Below the pieces are notes generated by a model, which searched no databases, had not been told where the DNA came from, and saw nothing but the letters and a program-made list of their open reading frames with translations. From positions 1,632,001-1,696,000 of the forward strand of contig OY970320.1 in assembly GCA_963716745.1 (NCBI GenBank): DNA of 64,000 bases, in the 5' to 3' direction. Source of the stretch: an uncultured Gemmatimonadaceae bacterium. Its GTDB lineage: Bacteria > Gemmatimonadota > Gemmatimonadetes > Gemmatimonadales > Gemmatimonadaceae. The position numbers and the translations under genes are program-made. Positions within the stretch are counted from its first letter, which is position 1; every line of letters begins with the position of its first letter. Shown in pieces: positions 39,537 through 48,219 of this stretch.

Positions 39537-40627
39537 GCTCGCGCGCTCAACGGCGCGCCGCTCCGGCCGTTGCGCACCAGCAGGATCTCGGCGGCGGTCG
39601 CGAGCGCGATCTCGGCCGCGGTCTCGGCGCCGAGATCGAGCCCCACGGGCACATGCACCCGCGCGAGCTCATCGGGCGCGTAGCCCTCCTGCGCGAGGAA
39701 TTCGAGCACCGCGCGCCCGCGCTTGCGGCTGCCGAGCAGTCCGATGTAGGCGGGATCGCGTCGCAGCAATTCCCGCAGCACCGGGACTTCGAACTTGTAA
39801 TCGTGCGCCGTGAGCACGACCGCGGTACTCCGGTCGTACGTGAGCGATGCCGCGATGTCGCCGAGGATGCCGGTGCGGATCTCGTCAGCGTCGGGGAAGC
39901 GGTCGCGCGTCGCATACCGCTCGCGCGCATCCACGAGCAGTGTGCGCCAGCCCAGCGTGTGCGCGATCGCGATGAGCGGGATCGCGACGTGCCCGGCGCC
40001 GAAGACGATGAGCGAACTCGGCGGCGCGTGGAGTTCGAGGAAATAGCGCTCCTTCGCGTCGCCGAGCTCGGCAATGCGCGACGTACCGTCCTGTGTGGCC
40101 AGAGCGCCCGCGGCGGCCGCCTCCGCATCGCGCGCCGCGCTGCCCGTCGTGCCGTGATGGGAACCATCCTCGCTCACGACGAGTCGCGCGACGACCCCCG
40201 CGAGCGGCGCGACGATCACCGCGCGATGTCCCGCGGCGCGCGCGGCCTGCGCGGCGCCGTACGCCCGCACCACCGGATCATCGGGATCGGCGAGCGATAC
40301 GGGCTCGATCATCACTTCGACTTCGCCGCCGCACGTGAAGCCGATCTCCCAGCCTTCGGCATCGCTCAGTGACATCGCGAGGAGTCGCGGCGAATCGCCG
40401 GCGAGAACCGCCTCGCTCTCCTCGACGACACGCGCGTCGATGCAGCCGCCGATGGTCATCGCGCCGAGGATGCGGCCGCCCTCGCCGACCCACATCTTCG
40501 CGCCCTCCTTGCGGGGTGTGACACCCTTCGCGGCCACGAGCGTCGCCATCGCCACCCGGTGCTCGGTGGCGCGCATGGCATCGAGCTGCGCGAAGGTCTC
40601 GCGCAGGGCGTCGCGGGCGGGGCTCAT
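39533..40627 (-). CDS. xdhC: XdhC/CoxI family Moco-insertion chaperone
   Basis: PRKEGAKM, TIGGC, TCGG, FGAGHVA, YIGLLGS, PVGLDLGAETAAEIAL. Confidence 0.9.
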   Translation of the reverse strand: MSPARDALRETFAQLDAMRATEHRVAMATLVAAKGVTPRKEGAKMWVGEGGRILGAMTIGGCIDARVVEESEAVLAGDSPRLLAMSLSDAEGWEIGFTCGGEVEVMIEPVSLADPDDPVVRAYGAAQAARAAGHRAVIVAPLAGVVARLVVSEDGSHHGTTGSAARDAEAAAAGALATQDGTSRIAELGDAKERYFLELHAPPSSLIVFGAGHVAIPLIAIAHTLGWRTLLVDARERYATRDRFPDADEIRTGILGDIAASLTYDRSTAVVLTAHDYKFEVPVLRELLRRDPAYIGLLGSRKRGRAVLEFLAQEGYAPDELARVHVPVGLDLGAETAAEIALATAAEILLVRNGRSGAPLSARA

Positions 40628-40753
40628 CGGCGCGCTGGCATGTCGATTCGGACATTGCCCGGGGGGCCGCCGCGCGTCAAGCGCGGCGCTGGACTCCGCG
40701 CGCGCGATGCGACATTCTCCCCATACCGTTCACCGCAAAGCACGGAGACCGCC

Positions 40754-41263
40754 ATGCAGTTGATCTTCATTCGCCACGCGATCGCCGAGGACCAGAAGGA
40801 GTTCGCGCTCACGGGTCGGCCCGATGCGCAGCGCCCGCTCACGGACGATGGGATCGAGAAGATGAAGCGCGGCGTGAAGGGGCTGCGTGAAGTCGTGCCG
40901 GAGATCAACCTCATCGCGACAAGTCCGTACGTGCGCGCCGTGGAGACGGCCAAGATCGTCGGGAGCGCGTACAAGGATCCGAAGACGGTGATCATCCACG
41001 AGCTCGTCCCCACCGAGAGCGGCGAGAAGTTCGCGGCGTGGGCGCGCGAGGTGAAGGGCGTGCCAGTGGTGGCGGTCGTCGGTCACGAACCGCATCTGAG
41101 CGAAGTCGCGAGCTGGCTGCTCACCGGACAGCCGCGCTCGGTGATCGATTTCAAGAAGGGCGCGGCGCTCGCGATGGAATTCGAGGGCATGCCGGCCGCC
41201 GGCACCGGCGTGCTCCTCTGGGCGCTGACGCCGCGGCAAATGCGCCGTCTCGCCGTGAAATAG
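40754..41263 (+). CDS. sixA: SixA-like phosphohistidine phosphatase
   Basis: IRHA.A, RPLT..G, TSPY.RA.ETA, VVGHEP. Confidence 0.85.
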   Translation: MQLIFIRHAIAEDQKEFALTGRPDAQRPLTDDGIEKMKRGVKGLREVVPEINLIATSPYVRAVETAKIVGSAYKDPKTVIIHELVPTESGEKFAAWAREVKGVPVVAVVGHEPHLSEVASWLLTGQPRSVIDFKKGAALAMEFEGMPAAGTGVLLWALTPRQMRRLAVK

Positions 41264-41265
41264 TC

Positions 41266-42729
41266 GTGCCGCTGCCCGCCGATCTCCTCGACCTGCCCGC
41301 GCCGCAGGGCGCGCGCCTCGTCGCCCTCGAGCGACTCGACCGCCTGCTCAATGCGCGCGTGCGCCTCGGCCATCCCGAGGATGCGGAGGCGCTCCACGAT
41401 TTCCGCGTCGCGCTGCGCCGGCTGCGGAGCGTGCTGCGCGCGTACCGCGAGCCGCTCGCGAACAGCGTGGGGCGCGGCACGTTCCGCCGGCTGCGCGATC
41501 TCGCGCAGGCGACCGGCGAGAGCCGCGACCTCGAGGTGCACCTCGCGTGGCTCGAGTCGCAGCGCGTGACGCTCACGCCGCGGCTGCGCATCGGACTCGA
41601 CTCGATCCGCCGCCGGCTCGCCGAGCGCAAAGCGAAGGCGGACCAACGCCTCGAGCGCGCGATCGACGGCACCTTCCCGCATCTCGCGCATCGCGTGCGC
41701 CGCCGTCTCGCGCGCTACGATGCGCCGGTGCTCGGCGGCCCGTCGCACGCCGATCCGCCGTTCGCCGCGGCCATGGCGGCCGGCGCGCGCCGGAAGATCG
41801 AGGAATTGCGCCTGGCATTGGACGCCGTGCACAGCGCAGCCGACGACACCGACGCGCATCGCGCGCGGATCGTCGCGAAGCGTCTGCGATATCTGCTCGA
41901 TCCGGTGTCGAGCCTGGTGCCCGGCGCCGCGGCGTTGAGCGAGAAGCTGAGCGAGCTGCAAGACCAGCTCGGCGTGCTGCATGACGCGCACGTGTTCGCG
42001 CCGGAACTCGTGGCCGCGGCTTCGGCCGCCGCCGGCGAGCACGCGCGGCGCGAGGCGATGGCCGTCGTGGCACACGGCAGCGGGGCGAGCGCGGCGAAGC
42101 GCGTGCATCAGCGCGACCCGCAACCGGGATTGCTCGCGCTCGGCGAGCGCGTGCGCTTGAGCGGCGAGGTCGCGTTCGGGCGCGTGCGCGAGGAGTGGCT
42201 GGGCGGCCGCGCCGTGGGGTTCTTCGCGAACGCGGAGCGGGTGGCCGACGCGCTGAACGCGCGAGCGAAGCCGCTGCTCGAGATCGAGCGGAAGTATCTG
42301 CTGAATCACTTTCCGGCGGCGGCCGCAGGCGTTCCGGCGGAGGAGATCGAGCAGGGATACGTGCCCGGCCAGCGGCTCATCGAGCGCCTGCGCCGCGTCA
42401 CGACGCCGGAGAGCGTGCGCTGGTATCGCACCGTGAAGACCGGCGCGGGGCTCGTGCGCACCGAACTCGAAGAGGAGACGACGCGCGAGATCTTCGAAGC
42501 GATGTGGCCGCTCACCGAGGGGAAGCGCGTGCACAAGCAGCGCCATCGCGTGCCCGACGGCGACCTGGCGTGGGAGATCGATCATTTCGTCGACCGCGAC
42601 CTCACGCTCGCCGAGATCGAGCTCCCCAGCGCGGACGTCCAGCCCGTGCCGCCGGATTGGCTGCAGTCCTACATCGTGCGCGACGTGACGGAGGAAGCGG
42701 AGTTCGTGAACTTCAATCTGGCGAAGTAG
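41266..42729 (+). CDS. CHAD domain + C-terminal CYTH domain fusion (polyphosphate-related)
   Basis: EALHDFRVALRRLRS, RDLEV, HRARI..KRLRY, LQDQLG.LHD (CHAD); EIERKYL, QGY, R.E.E, WEID.F, AEIE (CYTH). Confidence 0.9.
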   Translation: MPLPADLLDLPAPQGARLVALERLDRLLNARVRLGHPEDAEALHDFRVALRRLRSVLRAYREPLANSVGRGTFRRLRDLAQATGESRDLEVHLAWLESQRVTLTPRLRIGLDSIRRRLAERKAKADQRLERAIDGTFPHLAHRVRRRLARYDAPVLGGPSHADPPFAAAMAAGARRKIEELRLALDAVHSAADDTDAHRARIVAKRLRYLLDPVSSLVPGAAALSEKLSELQDQLGVLHDAHVFAPELVAAASAAAGEHARREAMAVVAHGSGASAAKRVHQRDPQPGLLALGERVRLSGEVAFGRVREEWLGGRAVGFFANAERVADALNARAKPLLEIERKYLLNHFPAAAAGVPAEEIEQGYVPGQRLIERLRRVTTPESVRWYRTVKTGAGLVRTELEEETTREIFEAMWPLTEGKRVHKQRHRVPDGDLAWEIDHFVDRDLTLAEIELPSADVQPVPPDWLQSYIVRDVTEEAEFVNFNLAK

Positions 42730-42740
42730 ATCGTAGGTGT

Positions 42741-43163
42741 TCCGCGCGCGGAATCGTCGCGCGGAGGCCACCGGCTCGGCCGCTTTCGCTCAAACCGCTT
42801 CGAGCCTCGCGGCTGAACCGCGCCGCGAGTCTCTCGCTTTTCGCTGCCGCGGCCTCTGCCGGCGGCCTCCGCGCTCCTCCCACTCCCTGCGCCCCACTCA
42901 CGCCATCGCAGTTTGCTCGCGAACCCACCACACCCGGGCGCGACCAAGGAGTTCCGCGCGCACCGGCGTCTCGCGCTTATTTGTCTCGAGGCCCAGCGGC
43001 GGTGGGCGCGACTGAGTTCTCAGGAGGGGCCGGCGGTCGTCGGGCTCCGGCGCAGCCGCGATAGCGAAAAGCGAGAGACTCGCGCGTCGTGTGCGCGAGG
43101 CTCGAAGCGGTTTGAGCGAAAGCGGCCTAGCCGGAGCCCGGCGATCGCCGGACCGCGCGCGGA
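42741..43163. repeat. ~420-bp foldback element (MITE-like or structured RNA) between convergent genes
   Basis: Nested perfect inverted arms: 42741-42751/43153-43163 (11 bp), 42778-42811/43094-43127 (34 bp), 42824-42845/43063-43084 (22 bp). Confidence 0.88.
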
Positions 43164-43198
43164 GTAGCAGTTCCCACTCGCCACTCACGCGCGTCGAA

Positions 43199-44164
43199 CT
43201 AAAGCGCGCGCGAGCTCCAGGCGACGGTCCACTCCTTGGTCTGGCCCGGCTCCAACCACGACGCGCTTTTCCAGGGTCCCAGCGCCTCCGTCAGCGAGTC
43301 CGGCGCGCCGCTGCTCGGGCCGATCGACAGATTCACTTGCGGGCGGCGCTTCGGATGCGACGACCATCCCTTCCGGTTCACCCAGATCGCGACGAACGGC
43401 GCGTGCGCCGCGTCGAAGCTCATGTCGAGCCGCGCATCATCTTCCACCAGCGCGGTGTGCCCCTGCGCGGCATCCACGAACAACCGGTACGCGAAGCGGC
43501 GCGCGATCCCGTCCGGCCGCGACAGGTCGTGCAGCTTTCCCGCGCTCGCGATACGCGGCCACCGGCTCTCCGATCCCACGCCGCCGAGTTCTACGCCATG
43601 CTGCCGCCACACGCGCACGCGCGCGCCGTCGGGGAGTTCGATCCGCGTGTGCTTCGTGAGCGCGAACAGCGGCTGCGCGCTCCAGAGATAGGGGAGGAGA
43701 TCCAATCCGTCATTCCGCACCGCGTATCGCATCAGCACGCGGCCATCGGTCGTCACGTGCAGCGCGCGCACGAACCGGTACGGCATGCGGTCGCTCACCC
43801 ACCCGCACGTCGCGAACACACCGTCCTCGCGCGTCTCGAGGGAGAATGTGGTCGGCTGGTTCCACAACTCGCCGTGCTCCGGCAGCGCGAGGCCGCTGTA
43901 CGCATTCGGCAGGTGCAGCGCCGAGTAGCGTCCGGTGATCGCGGGCAGGCTGCACGCGGCGGCCGTCGGGAATCGCTCGTCGTAGCCGCCGCTGTCGGGG
44001 ATCTCGCCCGCGCGATGCGGCGTCTTGGGATCGCTCCAGAGCCACTCGCGTCCGCCAAGCTGCATCGAGACGATCTTCCCTCCGAGCGCCGGCGCGATCA
44101 CCACCGTGGAACCGCCGGCGTGGAGTTCGGCGGTGCCGTATGCCGGCGCGGGAGCAGCGCTCAC
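43199..44164 (-). CDS. Galactose mutarotase/aldose-1-epimerase-like protein
   Basis: P.LGGKI.S....REWLW, GGYDE.FP, LPEHGELW; GTG overlaps the ispH stop. Confidence 0.7.
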   Translation of the reverse strand: MSAAPAPAYGTAELHAGGSTVVIAPALGGKIVSMQLGGREWLWSDPKTPHRAGEIPDSGGYDERFPTAAACSLPAITGRYSALHLPNAYSGLALPEHGELWNQPTTFSLETREDGVFATCGWVSDRMPYRFVRALHVTTDGRVLMRYAVRNDGLDLLPYLWSAQPLFALTKHTRIELPDGARVRVWRQHGVELGGVGSESRWPRIASAGKLHDLSRPDGIARRFAYRLFVDAAQGHTALVEDDARLDMSFDAAHAPFVAIWVNRKGWSSHPKRRPQVNLSIGPSSGAPDSLTEALGPWKSASWLEPGQTKEWTVAWSSRAL

Positions 44165-45375
44165 GCGATCGCGGACGGATCGATGCCGCGGCTCGCGAAG
44201 ATGCGCGCCACCGCGTCGCCGATCTTGTTGTTCGGCGTGCTCGCGCCCGCGGTGATCCCCACCCGCAGCGCACCCGATGCCGGGAGCCACGCCTCGCGCT
44301 CGATCTCCTCGGCGCGCCCGATCGGCTTGTGCCTTATCGTGCCGCGCGCCGGATCGATGGCCGTCGCGTCTTCCACATGGTACGTCGTCACCCGCTCCGC
44401 GCAGATCGCGGCGAGCGAGATCGTGTTGCTCGAGTTGTAGCCGCCGATCACTACCATGACATCCAGCGGCTCGGTGAGCAGCGCTTGCACCGCGTCCTGG
44501 CGGTCCTGCGTGGCGCTGCAGATCGTGTCGAAGCTCCGGAAATGCTCGGCGCGCCACTCGGCGCCGCGCGCGCGCTCCATCGTGCGTCCGATCTCCTCGG
44601 CGATCGCGAGCGATTCACGCGCGAGCATCGTCGTCTGGTTGGCGACGCCGATCTTCGAGAGATGGAGGTCCGGGTCGAAGCCGGGCGACACCGCCGCCGC
44701 GAAGTGTGCGAGCAGTGCGTCGCGCGTGACGCGGCTCTCGAGGAAATCGCAGACGATGCGCGCCTCCGCCATATCGCGCACGATGAGATAGTGGCTTCCC
44801 GGGTGCGTCTCCACCTGCGACGCCGTCGCGCGCGTCTCTTCGTGATAGTGCTTGCCGTGGATGACCGAGGTGAATCCGTCGCGCGCATAGCTCTCGACGC
44901 GCTTCCAGACGTTCAGCACCGAGCCGCACGTGGTATCCACCATCACGCAGCCGGTGACGCGGAGCGTCGCGAAGTCGCGCATGGTGACGCCGAAGGCGGG
45001 CAGGATCACGACATCCGCGGGCGCGATGTGCGAATAGTCGAACACCCCATCCGTGGGTTCGAGGATCTCGACGCCCATCGCCCGCAGGTTCGCGTTCACG
45101 TGCGGATTGTGGATGATCTCGCCCACGAGCACCACGCGGCGGTCGGGGAACTTGCGGCGCGTCTGGTACGCGTATTCCACCGCGCGCTCCACGCCATAGC
45201 AGAATCCGAACTCGTGCGCGAGGCGGATCGTGGTGTCGCCCGCCGTGAGCGTGTGGCCGCGCTCGCGCAGGAGGTCGACGAGATGGCCGGCGTAGTCGGC
45301 CTCCAGCGTCTCCTGCACCTCGGCCTTGAGGCCGAATCCTTTTCGGAAGTAGTTCGCGTCGGCGGCGCCCGTCAT
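44161..45375 (-). CDS. ispH: 4-hydroxy-3-methylbut-2-enyl diphosphate reductase
   Basis: GFCYGVERA, IIHNPHV, DTTC, HEET, NQTT, TICSATQDRQ, GGYNSSNT, GITAGASTP. Confidence 0.96.
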   Translation of the reverse strand: MTGAADANYFRKGFGLKAEVQETLEADYAGHLVDLLRERGHTLTAGDTTIRLAHEFGFCYGVERAVEYAYQTRRKFPDRRVVLVGEIIHNPHVNANLRAMGVEILEPTDGVFDYSHIAPADVVILPAFGVTMRDFATLRVTGCVMVDTTCGSVLNVWKRVESYARDGFTSVIHGKHYHEETRATASQVETHPGSHYLIVRDMAEARIVCDFLESRVTRDALLAHFAAAVSPGFDPDLHLSKIGVANQTTMLARESLAIAEEIGRTMERARGAEWRAEHFRSFDTICSATQDRQDAVQALLTEPLDVMVVIGGYNSSNTISLAAICAERVTTYHVEDATAIDPARGTIRHKPIGRAEEIEREAWLPASGALRVGITAGASTPNNKIGDAVARIFASRGIDPSAIA

Positions 45376-45503
45376 AGGGCGGAATCTAGCTCGGAAACAG
45401 CAGGGCCGCGTGTGGTCCTTGACGTGTGGCAAGGGCCCGCGCCGCTCGACAGTACGGCCCGCCTTCGGTTCCCGCCGCCCCCGCGGAGCGCTAGCATCCG
45501 GCC

Positions 45504-46445
45504 ATGCCCCAGGCCGCTCCGCCCCCGCCCCTGCTCCGCCCGCGCGCACTCGTGAAGGGCGACGCGATCGGTGTGGTCACGCCCAGCTACACGCCCAAGG
45601 CGCCCTGGCTGCTGCGCGGCGTGAAGTCGCTGGAGCACGCCGGCTTCGAGGTGGTGCTCGATCCCGAGATCACCGACAGCCGCCGCTTCAAGCGCGTGGA
45701 TGATGAACGGCGCGCCGAGAATTTCATGAGCGGCTGGCTCGATCCGCGCGTGAAGGCGGTGGTGGCCGCCACTGGCGGCTACGGGGCCACACGCATGATC
45801 CCGCATCTGGAAGCGGATGTCTTCCGCAAGAATCCGAAGCCGTTCGTCGGCTACTCCGACGTCACCGCCCTCCATCTCTGGATGATGAAGCGCGTGGGAC
45901 TCCGCACCTTCCACGGCCCCACGGTGGACGACCTGATCCCCACCACGCGCAATGCGACAATGGTGTCGTTCATCACGTCGCTCACCACGCCGCGCCCCGC
46001 CGCGAAGCTCGGCAAAGGGATCGCGCGCGTGGTGCGGAAGGGCACGGCCACCGGCCGGCTCACGGGCGGCAATCTCTCACTCGTGCAGCAGAGCATCGGC
46101 ACGCCGTACGAAGTGGACACGCGCGACGCGATCCTCTTCCTCGAGGAGACGCGCGACCCCATGAGCGTGCTCGACGAGCGGATCGTGCATCTGCGCGCCG
46201 CCGGTCTCCTCAAACGCGTGAGAGGTATCGTGATCGGTCAGCTGCCGATCGACCGGTCGGAGGAAGATGATTTCGAGAACTTCATCCTTGACCTCTTCGC
46301 CGATCTCGACGTGCCGATCCTCGCCGATTTCCCGGCGGGCCATGAGGCGCCGAATCTCACGCTGCCGTTCGGCACGCAGGTGGAGCTGGTGGCCGACGAG
46401 AACGCCGGCTGGCTGAGCTACGCCGAGGACGCACTCGAGGTGTAG
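45504..46445 (+). CDS. LD-carboxypeptidase (S66, LdcA/MccF family)
   Basis: GGYGATR, FVGYSDVTAL, HGP, GGNLS, LFLEE, FPAGH. Confidence 0.92.
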   Translation: MPQAAPPPPLLRPRALVKGDAIGVVTPSYTPKAPWLLRGVKSLEHAGFEVVLDPEITDSRRFKRVDDERRAENFMSGWLDPRVKAVVAATGGYGATRMIPHLEADVFRKNPKPFVGYSDVTALHLWMMKRVGLRTFHGPTVDDLIPTTRNATMVSFITSLTTPRPAAKLGKGIARVVRKGTATGRLTGGNLSLVQQSIGTPYEVDTRDAILFLEETRDPMSVLDERIVHLRAAGLLKRVRGIVIGQLPIDRSEEDDFENFILDLFADLDVPILADFPAGHEAPNLTLPFGTQVELVADENAGWLSYAEDALEV

Positions 46446-46897
46446 ACCTCGCGCGCCGCGGCGCGGGCGTCGTCGGTGGCCAGCGCGTACGGTTCGAGCG
46501 CGCGGCGGATCCCATCGGGCAGCGGCGTTTTCTTGAATCCGTCGCGCGACACGCAGACGAGCACCTGATGCGTGGCCGCATGCAACTGCGACGCGTCCTC
46601 GTTCATCACGTCGAAATTGATCGTGAGCGACGTGCGTCCCATGTGGCTGAAGTACGTGACCACGCGCAGGTGGTCATCCAGCCGAGCCGGCGCGAAGAAT
46701 TCCGCGTGCATCACTTTGCGCGGGAGCCATACGTCGTAGCGCTCGAACATCCCGCTGAACGGCAGCCCCGCCGCGCGGAAGATCTCCGACTCGGACAATT
46801 CGCTGAAGCGCAGGTATGCGCCGTAGCAGATGATCCCCGCGAGATCAATGTCGCCCCACCTTACATATTCGCTGAGGATGAATGGTCTCTTCTCCAT
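46418..46897 (-). CDS. Acyl-CoA thioesterase (YbgC/4HBT hotdog fold)
   Basis: VRWGDID.AGII.Y..Y, F.APARLDD. Confidence 0.88.
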   Translation of the reverse strand: MEKRPFILSEYVRWGDIDLAGIICYGAYLRFSELSESEIFRAAGLPFSGMFERYDVWLPRKVMHAEFFAPARLDDHLRVVTYFSHMGRTSLTINFDVMNEDASQLHAATHQVLVCVSRDGFKKTPLPDGIRRALEPYALATDDARAAAREVYTSSASSA

Positions 46898-46919
46898 GGG
46901 TTGAAGCTATCGCGGATCC

Positions 46920-46978
46920 GTGCATCGCGCATCGTGCATCGTGCGTCGCCAATGCACGATGCGCGATGTCCGATGCAC
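46920..46978. repeat. GCATCGN heptamer hairpin in a divergent intergenic region
   Basis: catcgcgcatcgtgcat (46923-46939) / atgcacgatgcgcgatg (46952-46968). Confidence 0.85.
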
Positions 46979-47016
46979 GCCTTGCAGTGCACCCGTTGCC
47001 GACATAACGTCGCATC

Positions 47017-47619
47017 ATGTCGTGGCTCTTCATCTCCGACCGCCTTTGGCTCGACTTCGTGAACACGGACGACACGCACCGGCGCCTCCGCGTGGATGCG
47101 CTCCGTGATTTCGACGCGCTCGCGCTCTGGCTCCAGGCCGCCGGCGTGCTCGACGACGAACGCACCGCGGCAATGCTCCGGCGCGCGCGCGAGCAGCCTG
47201 CCGGCGCGAGCGCCGCGCTCGCCGATGCCCGCCGCGTGCGCGCCGCGCTGCGCGCGCTCGCCGAGCGTGGGGTGCAGCAGCCGCTCGTGGTGCAGGATGC
47301 GATCGACGAGATCAACCGCGTGCTCGGCCGCAGCGCCGGCACGCGCCGCGTGGAGTCGCGCGACGACGGCGCGTTCGTGCGCAGCTTCGTCCCGGGCGGC
47401 AATGCGTTCGCCGGCCTCATGATCCCCGTGGTCGAGTCGGCGGCCGATACCCTCGTGCTCGGCGAACTCGTGCGCGTGCGGCGATGCGCCGACGCCGGCT
47501 GCACGCGCGTCTTCCACGACGACAGCAAGAACGGCCGCCGCCGCTGGTGCGACATGAAGAGTTGCGGCAACCGCGCCAAAGCCGCCCGCCACCGCCGCGC
47601 CCACGCCACGCATTTGTAG
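47017..47619 (+). CDS. ABATE domain + CGNR zinc finger protein
   Basis: LDFVNT; RRCA..GC..VF.D.SKNGRRRWCDM..CGNRAK. Confidence 0.92.
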   Translation: MSWLFISDRLWLDFVNTDDTHRRLRVDALRDFDALALWLQAAGVLDDERTAAMLRRAREQPAGASAALADARRVRAALRALAERGVQQPLVVQDAIDEINRVLGRSAGTRRVESRDDGAFVRSFVPGGNAFAGLMIPVVESAADTLVLGELVRVRRCADAGCTRVFHDDSKNGRRRWCDMKSCGNRAKAARHRRAHATHL

Positions 47620-47621
47620 TC

Positions 47622-47655
47622 GAGTCCCGAGTCCCGAGTCCGAGTCCCGAGTCCC
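47622..47655 (+). repeat. Tandem GAGTCCC heptamer array (~5 units)
   Basis: gagtccc gagtccc gagtcc gagtccc gagtccc. Confidence 0.9.
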
Positions 47656-47670
47656 GAACCTGCCGAACCA

Positions 47671-48216
47671 ATGACCGAGATCGACGTCGTTAGGACTTAC
47701 CTGGAGATGACCTCTCCGTCGCAGTTAGTAGCAGCGCCCCTCGACCGCCGCGCGCGCATCGAGCACGCGGCCGCATGCACCATTTCCTACTTCCGCTACC
47801 TCTACCGCGAAGTGGGCCGCCAATACCACTGGCGTGACCGTCTCGTCTGGACCGATGAACAATGCCGCGGGCGCCTCGACACGCCCGGCGTCTCGCTCTG
47901 GGTGCTCTACTCGGAGGGAACTCCGGCCGGCTATTTCGAACTGGAGCGCTGCGGCGACGGCAGCGTCGAGATCGTCTACTTCGGACTGATGCCGGAGTTC
48001 GTCGGCCGGGGACTCGGCAAGCAAATGCTCAGCGCGGCGGTGGAGCGCGCGTGGGCCATGGACGCGAAACGCGTCTGGCTGCACACCTGCACGCTCGACA
48101 ATCCGGCCGCGCTGCCGAACTACCTCAAGCGCGGATTCGCCGCTTTCAAGACGGAAACGTACTCCGTGCCGGCGCACGCACCCGTGCCGGTCTCGGCCGC
48201 GCCGCCGCCGGCGTAG
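47671..48216 (+). CDS. GNAT family N-acetyltransferase
   Basis: TYLEM, YFGL.PEFVGRGLGK, WLHTCTLD.P.AL.NY..RGF. Confidence 0.9.
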   Translation: MTEIDVVRTYLEMTSPSQLVAAPLDRRARIEHAAACTISYFRYLYREVGRQYHWRDRLVWTDEQCRGRLDTPGVSLWVLYSEGTPAGYFELERCGDGSVEIVYFGLMPEFVGRGLGKQMLSAAVERAWAMDAKRVWLHTCTLDNPAALPNYLKRGFAAFKTETYSVPAHAPVPVSAAPPPA

Positions 48217-48219
48217 CGC

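Noticed and set aside
42669..43188. Small ORFs sharing GSKRFERKRPSR / PLSLKPLRASR as a paralog pair or toxin-antitoxin
   Set aside because: The similarity is just translation of the two inverted-repeat arms; no RBS or coding signature.
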